Of a DNA stretch of 64,000 bases, positions 54,598 through 63,356 are shown one piece after another. The translations under genes were made by a program, and so were the position numbers. Every line of letters begins with the position of its first letter. Within the stretch, counting starts at the first letter, position 1. The notes under the pieces were generated by a model. The model was not told the DNA's origin, searched no databases, and saw only the letters and a list, made by a program, of their open reading frames with translations. The stretch covers positions 11,838 to 75,837 of the forward strand of contig CAVTQX010000004.1 in NCBI GenBank assembly GCA_963736935.1, in the 5' to 3' direction. The DNA is from an uncultured Gaiellaceae bacterium (GTDB lineage: Bacteria; Actinomycetota; Thermoleophilia; Gaiellales; Gaiellaceae).

Positions 54598-55245
54598 ATG
54601 AGCAAGCTTCGGTGTCATATCTCGATCTCGCTCGACGGTTTCGTCGCCGGCCCGAACCAGAGCGAGGAGAACCCGCTCGGCGAGGGCGGTGAGCGGCTCC
54701 ACGACTGGGTGGTTCCGCTGGCCGCCTGGCGCCGGTCCCACGGCGAGCAAGGGGGCGAGGTGAACGAGAGCACACGGATACTCGAGGAATCGCTGGAGAA
54801 CGTCGGCGCCGGGGTGATGGGCCGGAACATGTTCGGCCCTGTCCGCGGCGGTGCCTGGGGCGACGAGCAGTGGACGGGCTGGTGGGGCGACAACCCGCCC
54901 TACCACTACCCCGTGTTCATCCTCACCCATCACCCGCGTGATCCCGTGGAGATGGAAGGGGGGACCACGTTCCACTTCGTCACCGACGGGATTGAGTCCG
55001 CGCTCGAACAGGCAACGGAGGCCGCAGGTGGCAAAGACGTCATGCTGTGGGGCGGCGGCAACGTCGCTCAGCAGTACCTGGCAGTGGGACTGCTGGACGA
55101 ACTTGAGCTCCACGTTGTTCCAGTGTTGCTCGGGGACGGCGCTCGCCTCTTCGACAACCTCGGGGACGCGGAGGTGCAACTCGAGCAGGTCCGAGCCGTC
55201 GATGCGCCCGGCGTCACGCACCTCAAGTACCGAGTGGTGACATGA
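54598..55245 (+). CDS. dihydrofolate reductase family protein (RibD C-terminal domain type)
   Basis: SD GAAGGAGG precedes the start. Segments: MSKLRCHISISLDGFVAGP, GVMGRNMF, PVFILTHH, GKDVMLWGGGNVAQQYL, LDELELHVVPVLLGDG. Confidence 0.85.
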   Translation: MSKLRCHISISLDGFVAGPNQSEENPLGEGGERLHDWVVPLAAWRRSHGEQGGEVNESTRILEESLENVGAGVMGRNMFGPVRGGAWGDEQWTGWWGDNPPYHYPVFILTHHPRDPVEMEGGTTFHFVTDGIESALEQATEAAGGKDVMLWGGGNVAQQYLAVGLLDELELHVVPVLLGDGARLFDNLGDAEVQLEQVRAVDAPGVTHLKYRVVT

Positions 55246-55381
55246 ACCGCGTCGCGGCCAACCTACCCGTGCGCCACAGCTCGTCCTCGGAGGAGATCAC
55301 CATGGCGTAGACGATCACGGCGCACATACGTGACGCCCTCGCTGCCTCATCGTCTCGCGAGCCGAAAGCTGAGCCGTGATC

Positions 55382-55560
55382 TCAGCGAAGTGCCGAAGCC
55401 CTCGGGGAGCCTGCAGTCAGACACCGCTCGAGCCACCGCATCGCGGCCCTCTCACACTTCGGCGATCTCCTCGACGGGCACAGGTGGCACGCCGCAAGGG
55501 TAGGCATGCAGAAGAACGCCCGGCTCCTTCGCTCCATCCTGCGACGAACGTGGCGTAGGG
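55382..55560 (-). pseudogene. degenerate, multiply frameshifted paralogue of the 52903-53178 gene
   Basis: SPKCERAAMRWLERCLTAGSPRASAL compares with SPKYERAALRWLERYLTEGSPRLAHF. An adjacent frame gives PPVPVEEIAEV against LPNLPLEDALQL. DNA identity is roughly 75-80% over ~75 nt, by eye. Confidence 0.45.
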
Positions 55561-55600
55561 TGGAGGACGCAAGCAACATGATCCGACAGAGGAGGAGAGA

Positions 55601-55876
55601 GTGGTCCTAGCAACGGCGAAGATCGAGGATTTCGATCGCTTCTGGAATACCTTCTCAACCAAGGGCGCTGAGAAGCGAAAGCAGCACGGTTGCAAGGGGT
55701 CGCACGTCTTTCGGGATCCAAATGAGAGCGACCGGGTTTGGGCGATCTTCGACTGGGACGAGGCGGGCTGGCGAAGCTTCACCTCGGACCCTGAGGTTCC
55801 GGCGATCTTTCAGGAAGCCGGGTTCACACAAGGTCCGCCCAAGTCGGCGGAGTTCCTCCGCCAGCACGACGCATAA
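55601..55876 (+). CDS. small conserved hypothetical protein (ABM-like family by resemblance)
   Basis: SD GGAGGAG precedes GTG 55601. Sequence: MVLATAKIEDFDRFWNTFSTKGAEKRKQHGCKGSHVFRDPNESDRVWAIFDWDEAGWRSFTSDPEVPAIFQEAG. Confidence 0.6.
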   Translation: MVLATAKIEDFDRFWNTFSTKGAEKRKQHGCKGSHVFRDPNESDRVWAIFDWDEAGWRSFTSDPEVPAIFQEAGFTQGPPKSAEFLRQHDA

Positions 55877-55904
55877 CCGCAGATTCTCGACAAGCGGCCG
55901 TCAT

Positions 55905-55928
55905 CCGGGCTCCAAGCGCAGAGCCCGG
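55905..55928. terminator. GC-rich hairpin between the ABM-like gene and tRNA-Glu (no U-tract)
   Basis: CCGGGCTC-caagcgca-GAGCCCGG: an 8-bp stem, 29 nt after the stop at 55876. Confidence 0.35.
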
Positions 55929-55937
55929 ACCGGCTGG

Positions 55938-55984
55938 CCCCGTGCATCATCATCTGCAACGCCCCGTGCATCACCATCTGCACC
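55938..55984. repeat. two tandem copies of a ~23-nt unit (24-nt period)
   Basis: CCCCGTGCATCATCATCTGCAAC (55938-55960) and CCCCGTGCATCACCATCTGCACC (55962-55984) match at 21 of 23 positions. Intergenic, about 70 nt from the tRNA-Glu 3' end. Confidence 0.6.
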
Positions 55985-56054
55985 CGAGCGCACTCTCTCA
56001 TGTCCTCTGATTTGGCTCAACTAAGCCAATCGCTAGGTGCCAAACCAGTAGAAA

Positions 56055-56127
56055 AGGCCCATACGGGATTCGAACCCGTGCCGCCGCCGTGAGAGGGCGG
56101 TGTCCTAGGCCACTAGACGAATGGGCC
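56055..56127 (-). tRNA. tRNA-Glu (anticodon CUC)
   Basis: Manual cloverleaf: acceptor GGCCCAT/ATGGGCC, D arm GTCT..GGAC, anticodon stem CCGCC/GGCGG with loop CTCTCAC, T arm ACGGG-TTCGAAT-CCCGT. CCA is not encoded. Confidence 0.9.
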
Positions 56128-56164
56128 GTGGCGACGGCCTAGGGTAGCGGATCCGGGACGGGCG

Positions 56165-56371
56165 CTAGACGGCTTCCGGCTCGCGCGTGTCGAGACGCGC
56201 CTCGAAGTCGCGGCGTATGCTCTCGCCGCTCGAGAGCACGGTCTCGTAGCGGGCACGGCGCGGCGGGAGCTTCACGATGCGGACGTTGTCGTCGCGGTCG
56301 CCGTGGCAGCGTGCGTAGGCGGCAGCCTCATCGAGGGGCCGAAGGCGGTCGCGCTTCCGCTGTCCCCACAC
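56165..56371 (-). CDS. small hypothetical protein
   Basis: 68-aa ORF with GTG start and coding-like GC3. Sequence: LRPLDEAAAYARCHGDRDDNVRIVKLPPRRARYETV. Confidence 0.45.
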   Translation of the reverse strand: MWGQRKRDRLRPLDEAAAYARCHGDRDDNVRIVKLPPRRARYETVLSSGESIRRDFEARLDTREPEAV

Positions 56372-56455
56372 GTACCCGGGACACCTACCAGAAGCAGGGC
56401 TGGAGCGAAACCCACCGTTCGAGTGCGAGCACGCACTTTGCGCAATAAAGCGCGA

Positions 56456-57052
56456 TCAGGCGGCGGCCCAGCGACAGCTCCACGGGCTCCAGTCGCGGCC
56501 GGAGCGAACGAAGTACCGATGTGCCGAGACGGCCTGCGCATGCGCGGAGTCGCCATGACCGAACAGCTGCCGCTCGTACGAGCCCATCTGGAAGAGCCCG
56601 AGGTACTGACCGTTCTGTGCCGTCGTGGACAGGTGGGACTCGCACGAGGCGACGGCGAGCGCCTCCTGGCAATGGTCACCGAAGACCGCACAGATCGCAG
56701 CCTTCGGCTCGAGCGACGCAAGCCGGCGCGCGTCGCGTGCGTGCACCTTCGCGCGCAGCGCTGCGACCGCCGCCGTCAGCTGGTACACGCGGTGTCTCGC
56801 GTACGTCATCGCAGAGGTCGCGTTCCGGTGGTGCTCGGACGAGCTCAGGAGCGAGCGGTGCGTCTCGAAGAACTGAATTGTGCCGCGGTACTTCCGGAGA
56901 GCCGCAAGCTTGCGTTCGAGCTGCTCGTCGAGGGTGAACGTCGTTCGTGTCGTCTGCGCCTTCCGCACGGGCGCCGACGGGGCCTGCATCGCTGCCGCAG
57001 CGGCCTGCGTCACGAGAACGAACGCAAGCAGGCCAACGAGTAGGACTCTCAA
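56456..57052 (-). CDS. exported lytic-transglycosylase-like protein
   Basis: SD AGGAGG lies 9 nt before TTG 57052. Signal peptide MRVLLVGLLAFVLVTQAAAAA. C-terminal domain CESHLSTTAQNGQYLGLFQMG ... WSPWSC. Confidence 0.7.
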   Translation of the reverse strand: MRVLLVGLLAFVLVTQAAAAAMQAPSAPVRKAQTTRTTFTLDEQLERKLAALRKYRGTIQFFETHRSLLSSSEHHRNATSAMTYARHRVYQLTAAVAALRAKVHARDARRLASLEPKAAICAVFGDHCQEALAVASCESHLSTTAQNGQYLGLFQMGSYERQLFGHGDSAHAQAVSAHRYFVRSGRDWSPWSCRWAAA

Positions 57053-57219
57053 ACGGTTACCTCCTGGGCGGGGACAGGGGCGCGATCCGCACGGGACCGC
57101 TCGTGTCGCTCGGTCCCGACACCCTACACGAGCGTCACGACGACCCGCCCCGACGCCTTACAAATGGCTAAGAAACCATGTCACGAGCGTAACCGGACGT
57201 GACAACTGCGCCGAAGGCG

Positions 57220-58236
57220 CTAGGGAGTCGGTTCCGCGTCTTCTCTCTGCATCGCAGCGTCGAACGCGAGGCTCGACGGGGGGAAGTCCGTGTTGCGGAC
57301 GAAGGCGAGGGCGTCCCGGGCGCCGTACTCGCGATCCATGCCCGAGTCCTCCCACTCGATCGAAAGCGGCCCGTCGTAGCCGATGCGGTTGAGCGCCCGG
57401 AAGAGTGCCTCGAAGTCGACGTCGCCGTGGCCGGGCGAGACGAAGTCCCAGCCGCGGGCCTCCTCACCGAAGTTCAGGTGCGACCCGAGGATCGAGCGGC
57501 GCCCGTCGAGTCGCTTCTTCGAGTCCTTCACGTGCACGTGGTAGATGCGGTCGGCGAACTCGCGGGCGAACTGCGCGGTGTCGAGGTGCTGGTGCGCGAA
57601 GTGCGACGGGTCGAGGTTGATACCGAACGCCGAACGCCGGCCGACGGCAGCGAGAGCCTTCTCCGTCGTGACGAAGTCGTACGCGATCTCGGTCGGGTGC
57701 ACCTCGAGGCCGAAGCGGACGCCCTCGGCGTCGAAGACGTCGAGGATCGGCGACCACGCTTCGGCGAACGCCTCGTACGCCCGCTCGACCTCTTCGAAGT
57801 CGTTGGGCGGAAACGAGTAGAGGAGGTGCCAGATCGCCGAGCCCGTGAACCCGTTCACCTGCGTGACGCCGAACCGAGCGGCGGCGCGGGCCGTGTCCTT
57901 CATCCGTTCTGCCGCACGCCGTCTCACGCCGTCCTCCGAGCCGTCGCCCCAGACGTCCGGTGGGAGGATCGCCTGGTGACGCGCGTCGATGCGATCGCAG
58001 ACGGCCTGGCCGACGAGGTGTGCTCCGAGTGCCCAGCAGCCGAGCCCGTTCTGTTCGAGGAGAGCCCTGTGCTCTCGGCAGTACTCATCGTCGGCGAGCG
58101 CCCGGTCGACCTCGAAGTGGTCGCCCCAGCAGGCGAGCTCGAGTCCGTCGAATCCCCAGTCGGCGCACGACGCCGCGAGGTCGGCAATAGGCAGGTCTGC
58201 CCACTGTCCGGTGAACAGTGTTACAGGGCGCGACAT
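57220..58236 (-). CDS. sugar phosphate isomerase/epimerase (xylose-isomerase-like TIM barrel)
   Basis: [46 protein letters not shown]. Confidence 0.85.
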   Translation of the reverse strand: MSRPVTLFTGQWADLPIADLAASCADWGFDGLELACWGDHFEVDRALADDEYCREHRALLEQNGLGCWALGAHLVGQAVCDRIDARHQAILPPDVWGDGSEDGVRRRAAERMKDTARAAARFGVTQVNGFTGSAIWHLLYSFPPNDFEEVERAYEAFAEAWSPILDVFDAEGVRFGLEVHPTEIAYDFVTTEKALAAVGRRSAFGINLDPSHFAHQHLDTAQFAREFADRIYHVHVKDSKKRLDGRRSILGSHLNFGEEARGWDFVSPGHGDVDFEALFRALNRIGYDGPLSIEWEDSGMDREYGARDALAFVRNTDFPPSSLAFDAAMQREDAEPTP

Positions 58237-58303
58237 CGCATTCCGTCGTTCATGGGCGTGGAGACTACGCGGCGCGCGGTGTCGACATGCGCGGATCCAT
58301 CGC

Positions 58304-58720
58304 TCAGCTCATCGAGCCGGGGAATCCGCAGAACGTCACGCCGTCCTTCGCCAGACAGACCAGCCCCACGAGCTCCTCGCCGTCGAGCACGACGAGTCGT
58401 CCACTCCGCCTGTGCTCGAGCCGTGCGAGCGCATCGGACACGGACATGTCCTCGCTGACGACCGGCGCGGAGAGGTCGACGAAGTCCACAACCGGCTCGT
58501 CGGGCCCGGCGTCCGCTGGAATCGCGGTCACGGCACCGCGGAACCGATCTCCGTCGACGAGAAGCAGCATCTGAACGCTCTGGTTCTCGAAAGCGCTCCG
58601 CGCGTCGGCGACCGTCACGTCGGCCGGAAGCGTCTTCGGCTTCCGGAGCATGACGTCGGCGACGGTGGGCTCGGGCTGAGCGATCGCCACGCGCGGATCA
58701 TAGTTTCGGGCGCTCCTCAC
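58304..58720 (-). CDS. CBS-domain pair protein (start uncertain: GTG 58720, GTG 58690 or ATG 58651)
   Basis: [45 protein letters not shown] ... [28 protein letters not shown]. Confidence 0.75.
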   Translation of the reverse strand: MRSARNYDPRVAIAQPEPTVADVMLRKPKTLPADVTVADARSAFENQSVQMLLLVDGDRFRGAVTAIPADAGPDEPVVDFVDLSAPVVSEDMSVSDALARLEHRRSGRLVVLDGEELVGLVCLAKDGVTFCGFPGSMS

Positions 58721-58734
58721 CCGGGCTCGTGAGG

Positions 58735-58805
58735 CTGCGGGGCAGGGATTCGAACCCCAACTTCCTGGTCCAGAGCCAGGCGTCCTGCCGTTAGACGACC
58801 CCGCA
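58735..58805 (-). tRNA. tRNA-Gln (anticodon CUG)
   Basis: Manual cloverleaf: acceptor TGCGGGG/CCCCGCA, D arm GTCT..GGAC, anticodon stem CCTGG/CCAGG with loop CTCTGGA, T loop TTCGAAT. CCA is not encoded. Confidence 0.9.
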
Positions 58806-58832
58806 ACGGCGGCTGGAGTGTACCCGGCGGGG

Positions 58833-59726
58833 CTACGACGACTTCGGCTCGCCGAGCTCGAGGCGGTAGGTGGGGACGAGCCGCTTCTCCGCCTCCGTAT
58901 CGATGCGCGCGACGACGTCGACGTACTGCTCGAGACCCGACCCGCGGAGCTTCGCCTTGAGGAGGCCGTCGACCTGGTAGATGCCGGACGAGTTGTTCAT
59001 GACGATCTCGACCGTCACCGGGCGGGTCTCGCCGTCGGAGATCCGCACCTCGTCGATCGCGGCAGCGGACAGCGAGTGGATGGACACCGAGCCGCGCTCG
59101 AACGGGATGCGCGAACGGCCCTTCGCGAGATCGAGAGCATCGGCGACGCGAAGGACGCCGGCCTCGAGCGACAGCGGCTCGCCGTCGGCGCGGTGGCTCG
59201 TGATCGCCTGCAGCGCCTCGGAGACGACGACGGTGAGCTCGGGCTCGTCGTAGATGCCTTCGAGCAGCTCGCGCATCTTCGGCTCTGCGAGGAAGAGGCT
59301 CCAGTCCTCGTGATCGCGGCGGTGGATCGACATCCCGACGTCGTGCATGAGGGCGGCGAGCACCACGATGATCTCCGAGTCGTCCGCGCTGAGCCGGTAG
59401 TCGCGCTGGGCGGAGGGCTCCACGCCGTGCTTCACGAGCAGCCGCAGGAGCCTGAGGGCGATGTTGGCCACGATCTGGACGTGCACCCAGGAGTGGTCGT
59501 TGATCTGGAGCCGGATGACCGCGTTGACGTTCGCGACGTGCCACCACGCCTTGACCTGCGGATCCGCGTTCACCCGCTCGGTCAGCCGGCGAAGCTTGCG
59601 GTTCCCGCGCGCCGGCAAGCGAAGCTGCATCGGCTCGATCGCCTCGGACGGCGTGAGCCGCGCCTCGGCGACGACGTCGGTCGGCGGGACCTCGACGACC
59701 TCCTCCGGCTCGGGGGTGTGAGCCAT
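58833..59726 (-). CDS. HD-domain metal-dependent phosphohydrolase
   Basis: HSWVHVQIVANIALRL ... LAALMHDVGMSIHRRDHE (H...HD...D pattern), plus a ~120-aa C-terminal domain. Confidence 0.8.
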   Translation of the reverse strand: MAHTPEPEEVVEVPPTDVVAEARLTPSEAIEPMQLRLPARGNRKLRRLTERVNADPQVKAWWHVANVNAVIRLQINDHSWVHVQIVANIALRLLRLLVKHGVEPSAQRDYRLSADDSEIIVVLAALMHDVGMSIHRRDHEDWSLFLAEPKMRELLEGIYDEPELTVVVSEALQAITSHRADGEPLSLEAGVLRVADALDLAKGRSRIPFERGSVSIHSLSAAAIDEVRISDGETRPVTVEIVMNNSSGIYQVDGLLKAKLRGSGLEQYVDVVARIDTEAEKRLVPTYRLELGEPKSS

Positions 59727-59758
59727 CGGGTGAGCTTAGAAGGTCGGGCGTCCTCGGG

Positions 59759-61564
59759 TTACGCGACCTCGGCGGCCCAGTCTCCGTAGAGGCGGGTGTA
59801 CGGCCCCGGCCGTGCGATCAGCTCGTCGTGCGTCCCGTGTTCGACGATCCGCCCGTGATCGAGCACGACGATCAGGTCGGCGCGGCGGATCGTCGAGAGC
59901 CGGTGGGCGATGATGAACGCCGTCCGGTCCGCGAGGAGCCGCCGCAGTCCGCGGTCGATCTTGCGCTCGGTGCCGATGTCGACGGACGAGGTCGCCTCGT
60001 CGAGGATCAGGATCCGCGGATCGGCGAGCAGTGCGCGCGCGAACGCCACGAGCTGGCGCTGGCCGAGCGAGAGCCTGAACCCGCGCTCGCCGACCTGGGT
60101 CTCGTAGCCCTCCGCCAGCTCGGCGATGAAGCCGTCCGCGCCGACCGCCGCGGCGGCCCTCTCGATCTCCGCACGCGAGGCCTCCGGGCGCCCGAACGCG
60201 ATGTTGTCGGCGATCGAGCCGGCGAAGAGGAAGCCCTCCTGCGGGACGATCCCGAGCTGTCGGCGAAGCGACGCCTGCGTCACGTCGCGAAGGTCGACGC
60301 CGTCGATCGTGATCCGGCCATCGCGCGGGTCGTAGAAGCGGGCGAGGAGCTTCGCGATCGTCGACTTTCCCGCTCCCGTGTGACCGACGAGGGCGACCGT
60401 GGTGCCGGCGGGCACGTCGAGGTCGAAGTCGTGGAGGACGTCCGGGAGCTCTCCGTACCCGAAGCGGACGTGGTCGAAGTGGACGTGCCCGCCGGCCCGC
60501 TCCAGCGGCCGGGCGCCCGGGGCGTCGACGATGTCCGGCTCCTCGTCCAGCACGTTCGTGATGCGGTCGAGCGCCGCGGTCGCGGAGAGGAACGTGTTGT
60601 AGAGCTGTGAGAGCTGCTGCACCGGGTCGAAGAAGTTTCCGAGGTACAGCGTGAACGCGAGCAGCGTGCCGATCGTCATGTTCCCCTCGACGACGAGCCA
60701 GCCGCCGACGCCGAGGACGATCGCCGTCGCGACCGACGAGAGGATGTCGACCGCCGGGAAGTAGATCCCGTTCAGGATCACCGTGTCGTAGTTCGCCTCC
60801 CGGTAGCGCTCGTTCACGCCGCGGAACGTCGTCTGGCTCGTCGGCTCGCGGGTGAAGGACTGGACCACGCGCATGCCCGAGATGTCCTCGGCGAGCGTCG
60901 CCGTCACGAGACCGAGCCGCTCGCGAACGTTCCTGTACGCCCTGTTCGAGCGCGAGCGGAACCAGGCGGTCGCGAGCCCCATGAGCGGGAGGACGACGAG
61001 CGTCGCGAGGGCGAGGCGCCAGTCGAGGAGGAAGAGGACGACCACCGTCCCGGCGAGGACGAGCGAGTTCTGGACGAGGCTCGAGATGCCGTCCGTGACG
61101 AGCAGGTCGAGCGCCTCGACGTCGTTCGTGATTCGGCTGACGATGGCACCTGTGCGGTTCCGCTCGTAGTAGCCGAGCGAGAGACGCTGGAGATGCTTGA
61201 AGAGCTGGATGCGGAGGTCCGCGAGCGCCCGCTCGCCGACCCAGCCCGTGAAGTACGTCTGCGCGCCCGAGAGGAAGAACGACGCGACGCCCGCGACGAG
61301 AAACGCGATGACGATCACACTCAGGCGGCGGAGATCGCCCGGCTGGATGCCCTCGTCGACCGCGAGCTTCGCCAGGTACGGCGGTAGCAGCGCGACAGCG
61401 GTGTACGCGACGAGTGTCACAACCGCCAACGCGGTGCGACCACGGTAAGGCCGCGCCAGGCGAAGCAGGACGTGCAGACGCCGACGCGTCTGGCTCCACG
61501 ACCAGTCGTCGACGCGCGCGCCTCGCTCGTCCATGAGGTGGCTCGAGTACTGCCAGACCTTCAT
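59759..61564 (-). CDS. ABC exporter, fused permease/ATPase (half-transporter)
   Basis: 6-TM domain followed by Walker A GHTGAGKST, signature LSLGQRQ, Walker B ILILDEATS and H-loop IAHRL. Confidence 0.92.
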   Translation of the reverse strand: MKVWQYSSHLMDERGARVDDWSWSQTRRRLHVLLRLARPYRGRTALAVVTLVAYTAVALLPPYLAKLAVDEGIQPGDLRRLSVIVIAFLVAGVASFFLSGAQTYFTGWVGERALADLRIQLFKHLQRLSLGYYERNRTGAIVSRITNDVEALDLLVTDGISSLVQNSLVLAGTVVVLFLLDWRLALATLVVLPLMGLATAWFRSRSNRAYRNVRERLGLVTATLAEDISGMRVVQSFTREPTSQTTFRGVNERYREANYDTVILNGIYFPAVDILSSVATAIVLGVGGWLVVEGNMTIGTLLAFTLYLGNFFDPVQQLSQLYNTFLSATAALDRITNVLDEEPDIVDAPGARPLERAGGHVHFDHVRFGYGELPDVLHDFDLDVPAGTTVALVGHTGAGKSTIAKLLARFYDPRDGRITIDGVDLRDVTQASLRRQLGIVPQEGFLFAGSIADNIAFGRPEASRAEIERAAAAVGADGFIAELAEGYETQVGERGFRLSLGQRQLVAFARALLADPRILILDEATSSVDIGTERKIDRGLRRLLADRTAFIIAHRLSTIRRADLIVVLDHGRIVEHGTHDELIARPGPYTRLYGDWAAEVA

Positions 61565-63336
61565 CCGGCGACCACCTGCTGTAGCAGCCCGTGCTCGTGG
61601 ATCTCGCGGAATACCTCACTCGCCTCGAGGAGCTCGGCCTGCGTGCCGCGGGCCGCGATCCGGCCGTGGTCCAGCACGACGACCTCGTCCGCCAGAGCGA
61701 TCGTCGACAGGCGGTGGGCGATGATGATCGTCGTCCGTCCGCGCATCACCTCTTGCAACCCGGCACGGATCCGCGCCTCGGTGGTCGCGTCGACCGAGGC
61801 GGTCGCGTCGTCGAGGATCAGGATCCGTGGGTCGATGAGCAGCGCTCGGGCGATGGCGATCCGCTGGCGCTGGCCGCCGGACAGCGTGATCCCGCGCTCG
61901 CCGACGACCGTCTCGTAGCCATGTGGGAGCTCCAGGATGAAGTCGTGGGCTTCTGCCGCACGGGCCGCCGCCTCGACCGCCTCGTGCGGCGCGTCGGGCA
62001 TCCCGAGCGCGATGTTGTCGCGGATCGATGCGGAGAAGAGGAACGGGTCCTGCGCGATGACGCCGATCTCGCGCCGCAACGAGCGTCGCGCGACGTCGCG
62101 GACGTCGACGCCGTCGACGACGACACGTCCGGACATCGCGTCGTAGAACCGGGGCACGAGGGCTGCGAGCGTCGTCTTGCCCGACCCGGTCGGCCCGATG
62201 AGCGCGATCGTCCGCCCGGCCGGGATGTCGAGCGTCACGTCCTCCAGTACGGGACGCTCCGGGTCGTAGCCGAACGACACGCCTTCGAACACGACATGAC
62301 CCGGACCCCGCGCGAGCTGGGCGGCGTCCGGACGGTCGAACACCTCCTCGGGTTCGTCGAGGATCTCGAAGATCCGCTTGCCCGCCGCGATCGCACGTTG
62401 CGCCTGCCCGACCCACATGCCGAGCATTCGCAGCGGCATGACGAGCATCGCAAGGAGCAGGTTGAAGGTGAAGAACGCGCCGAGCGTGAGCGAGCCCGAT
62501 ATGACCATGCGTCCCGCGGCGAGTAGCACGAGCGCCTGTGCGACGAGCGGCATGAACGTCAGGAGCGGCACGTACAGCGCCCGCTGCCGGTTCGCGGCGA
62601 GCGTCTGCTCGAAGACCGTGTCGGCGGCCTCGGTGAAGTGCGCCTCGCGACGCGCTTCCTGCGCGAACGACTTCACGACGTGGACGCCGGTGATCGACTC
62701 CTCGGCGACGACGGAAACCTCTGCGAGCTTCTGCTGGACTTCGCGGAGGACGGGCTGCGAAACCCGGCTGTAGCGATACGCGACCCCCGCGATGATCGGC
62801 GTGATCGCGAGCGCGATGAAGGCCAGCTTCCAGCTGTAGACGAACAGCACGGCGGTGACGACGACGATCGTCACCACGTGCTGCGCGAAGAAGATGAGCC
62901 CGTAGCCGAGGAAGAAGCGCACGGCCTGCAGGTCGATCGTCGCGCGCGACATGAGCTGCCCCGTCTGGCTGCGGTCGTAGAAGCCGAACGAGAGGCGGAG
63001 GAAGTGCGAGTAGAGCTCGTCGCGTAGGTCGTACTCGACGCCGAGCGCCTGACGTCCCGAGATGATGCGTCGGCCGTACATGAGCGCTCCTCGAACGACG
63101 CCGAGGGCCACGATGGCCGCGATCTCGAGGACGAGCAGCCGCGTGTCCGGATCGCCGTCGATCTCGTTGATGACGACGCCCGTCAGCACGGGGACGAGGA
63201 CGCTGGCGAGTTGGGAGAGGATCGCGAGCGACGACGAGACGATCAGCGAGGCGCGGTAGGGGCCGAGAAAGCCGAGAAGGCGCACGAACGTGCGCCACCC
63301 GCTCTCGGCGGTGCTCCCTGGCTCGTCGTCGGGCAC
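61561..63336 (-). CDS. ABC exporter, fused permease/ATPase (partner half-transporter)
   Basis: Walker A GPTGSGKTT, signature LSGGQRQR, Walker B ILILDDATS, IAHRL. 4-nt overlap with the downstream partner. Start GTG 63336 was chosen from the 705-aa ORF because TACCCT lies 8 nt upstream. Confidence 0.9.
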   Translation of the reverse strand: MPDDEPGSTAESGWRTFVRLLGFLGPYRASLIVSSSLAILSQLASVLVPVLTGVVINEIDGDPDTRLLVLEIAAIVALGVVRGALMYGRRIISGRQALGVEYDLRDELYSHFLRLSFGFYDRSQTGQLMSRATIDLQAVRFFLGYGLIFFAQHVVTIVVVTAVLFVYSWKLAFIALAITPIIAGVAYRYSRVSQPVLREVQQKLAEVSVVAEESITGVHVVKSFAQEARREAHFTEAADTVFEQTLAANRQRALYVPLLTFMPLVAQALVLLAAGRMVISGSLTLGAFFTFNLLLAMLVMPLRMLGMWVGQAQRAIAAGKRIFEILDEPEEVFDRPDAAQLARGPGHVVFEGVSFGYDPERPVLEDVTLDIPAGRTIALIGPTGSGKTTLAALVPRFYDAMSGRVVVDGVDVRDVARRSLRREIGVIAQDPFLFSASIRDNIALGMPDAPHEAVEAAARAAEAHDFILELPHGYETVVGERGITLSGGQRQRIAIARALLIDPRILILDDATASVDATTEARIRAGLQEVMRGRTTIIIAHRLSTIALADEVVVLDHGRIAARGTQAELLEASEVFREIHEHGLLQQVVAG

Positions 63337-63343
63337 GGCTTCG

Positions 63344-63350
63344 TAGGGTA
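63344..63350. promoter_or_regulatory. fully overlapping symmetric -10 element TAGGGTA (plus TAGGGT, minus TACCCT)
   Basis: In the 20-bp divergent spacer 63337-63356, TAGGGT lies 7 nt before GTG 63357 and TACCCT lies 8 nt before GTG 63336. Confidence 0.45.
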
Positions 63351-63356
63351 CGGATC

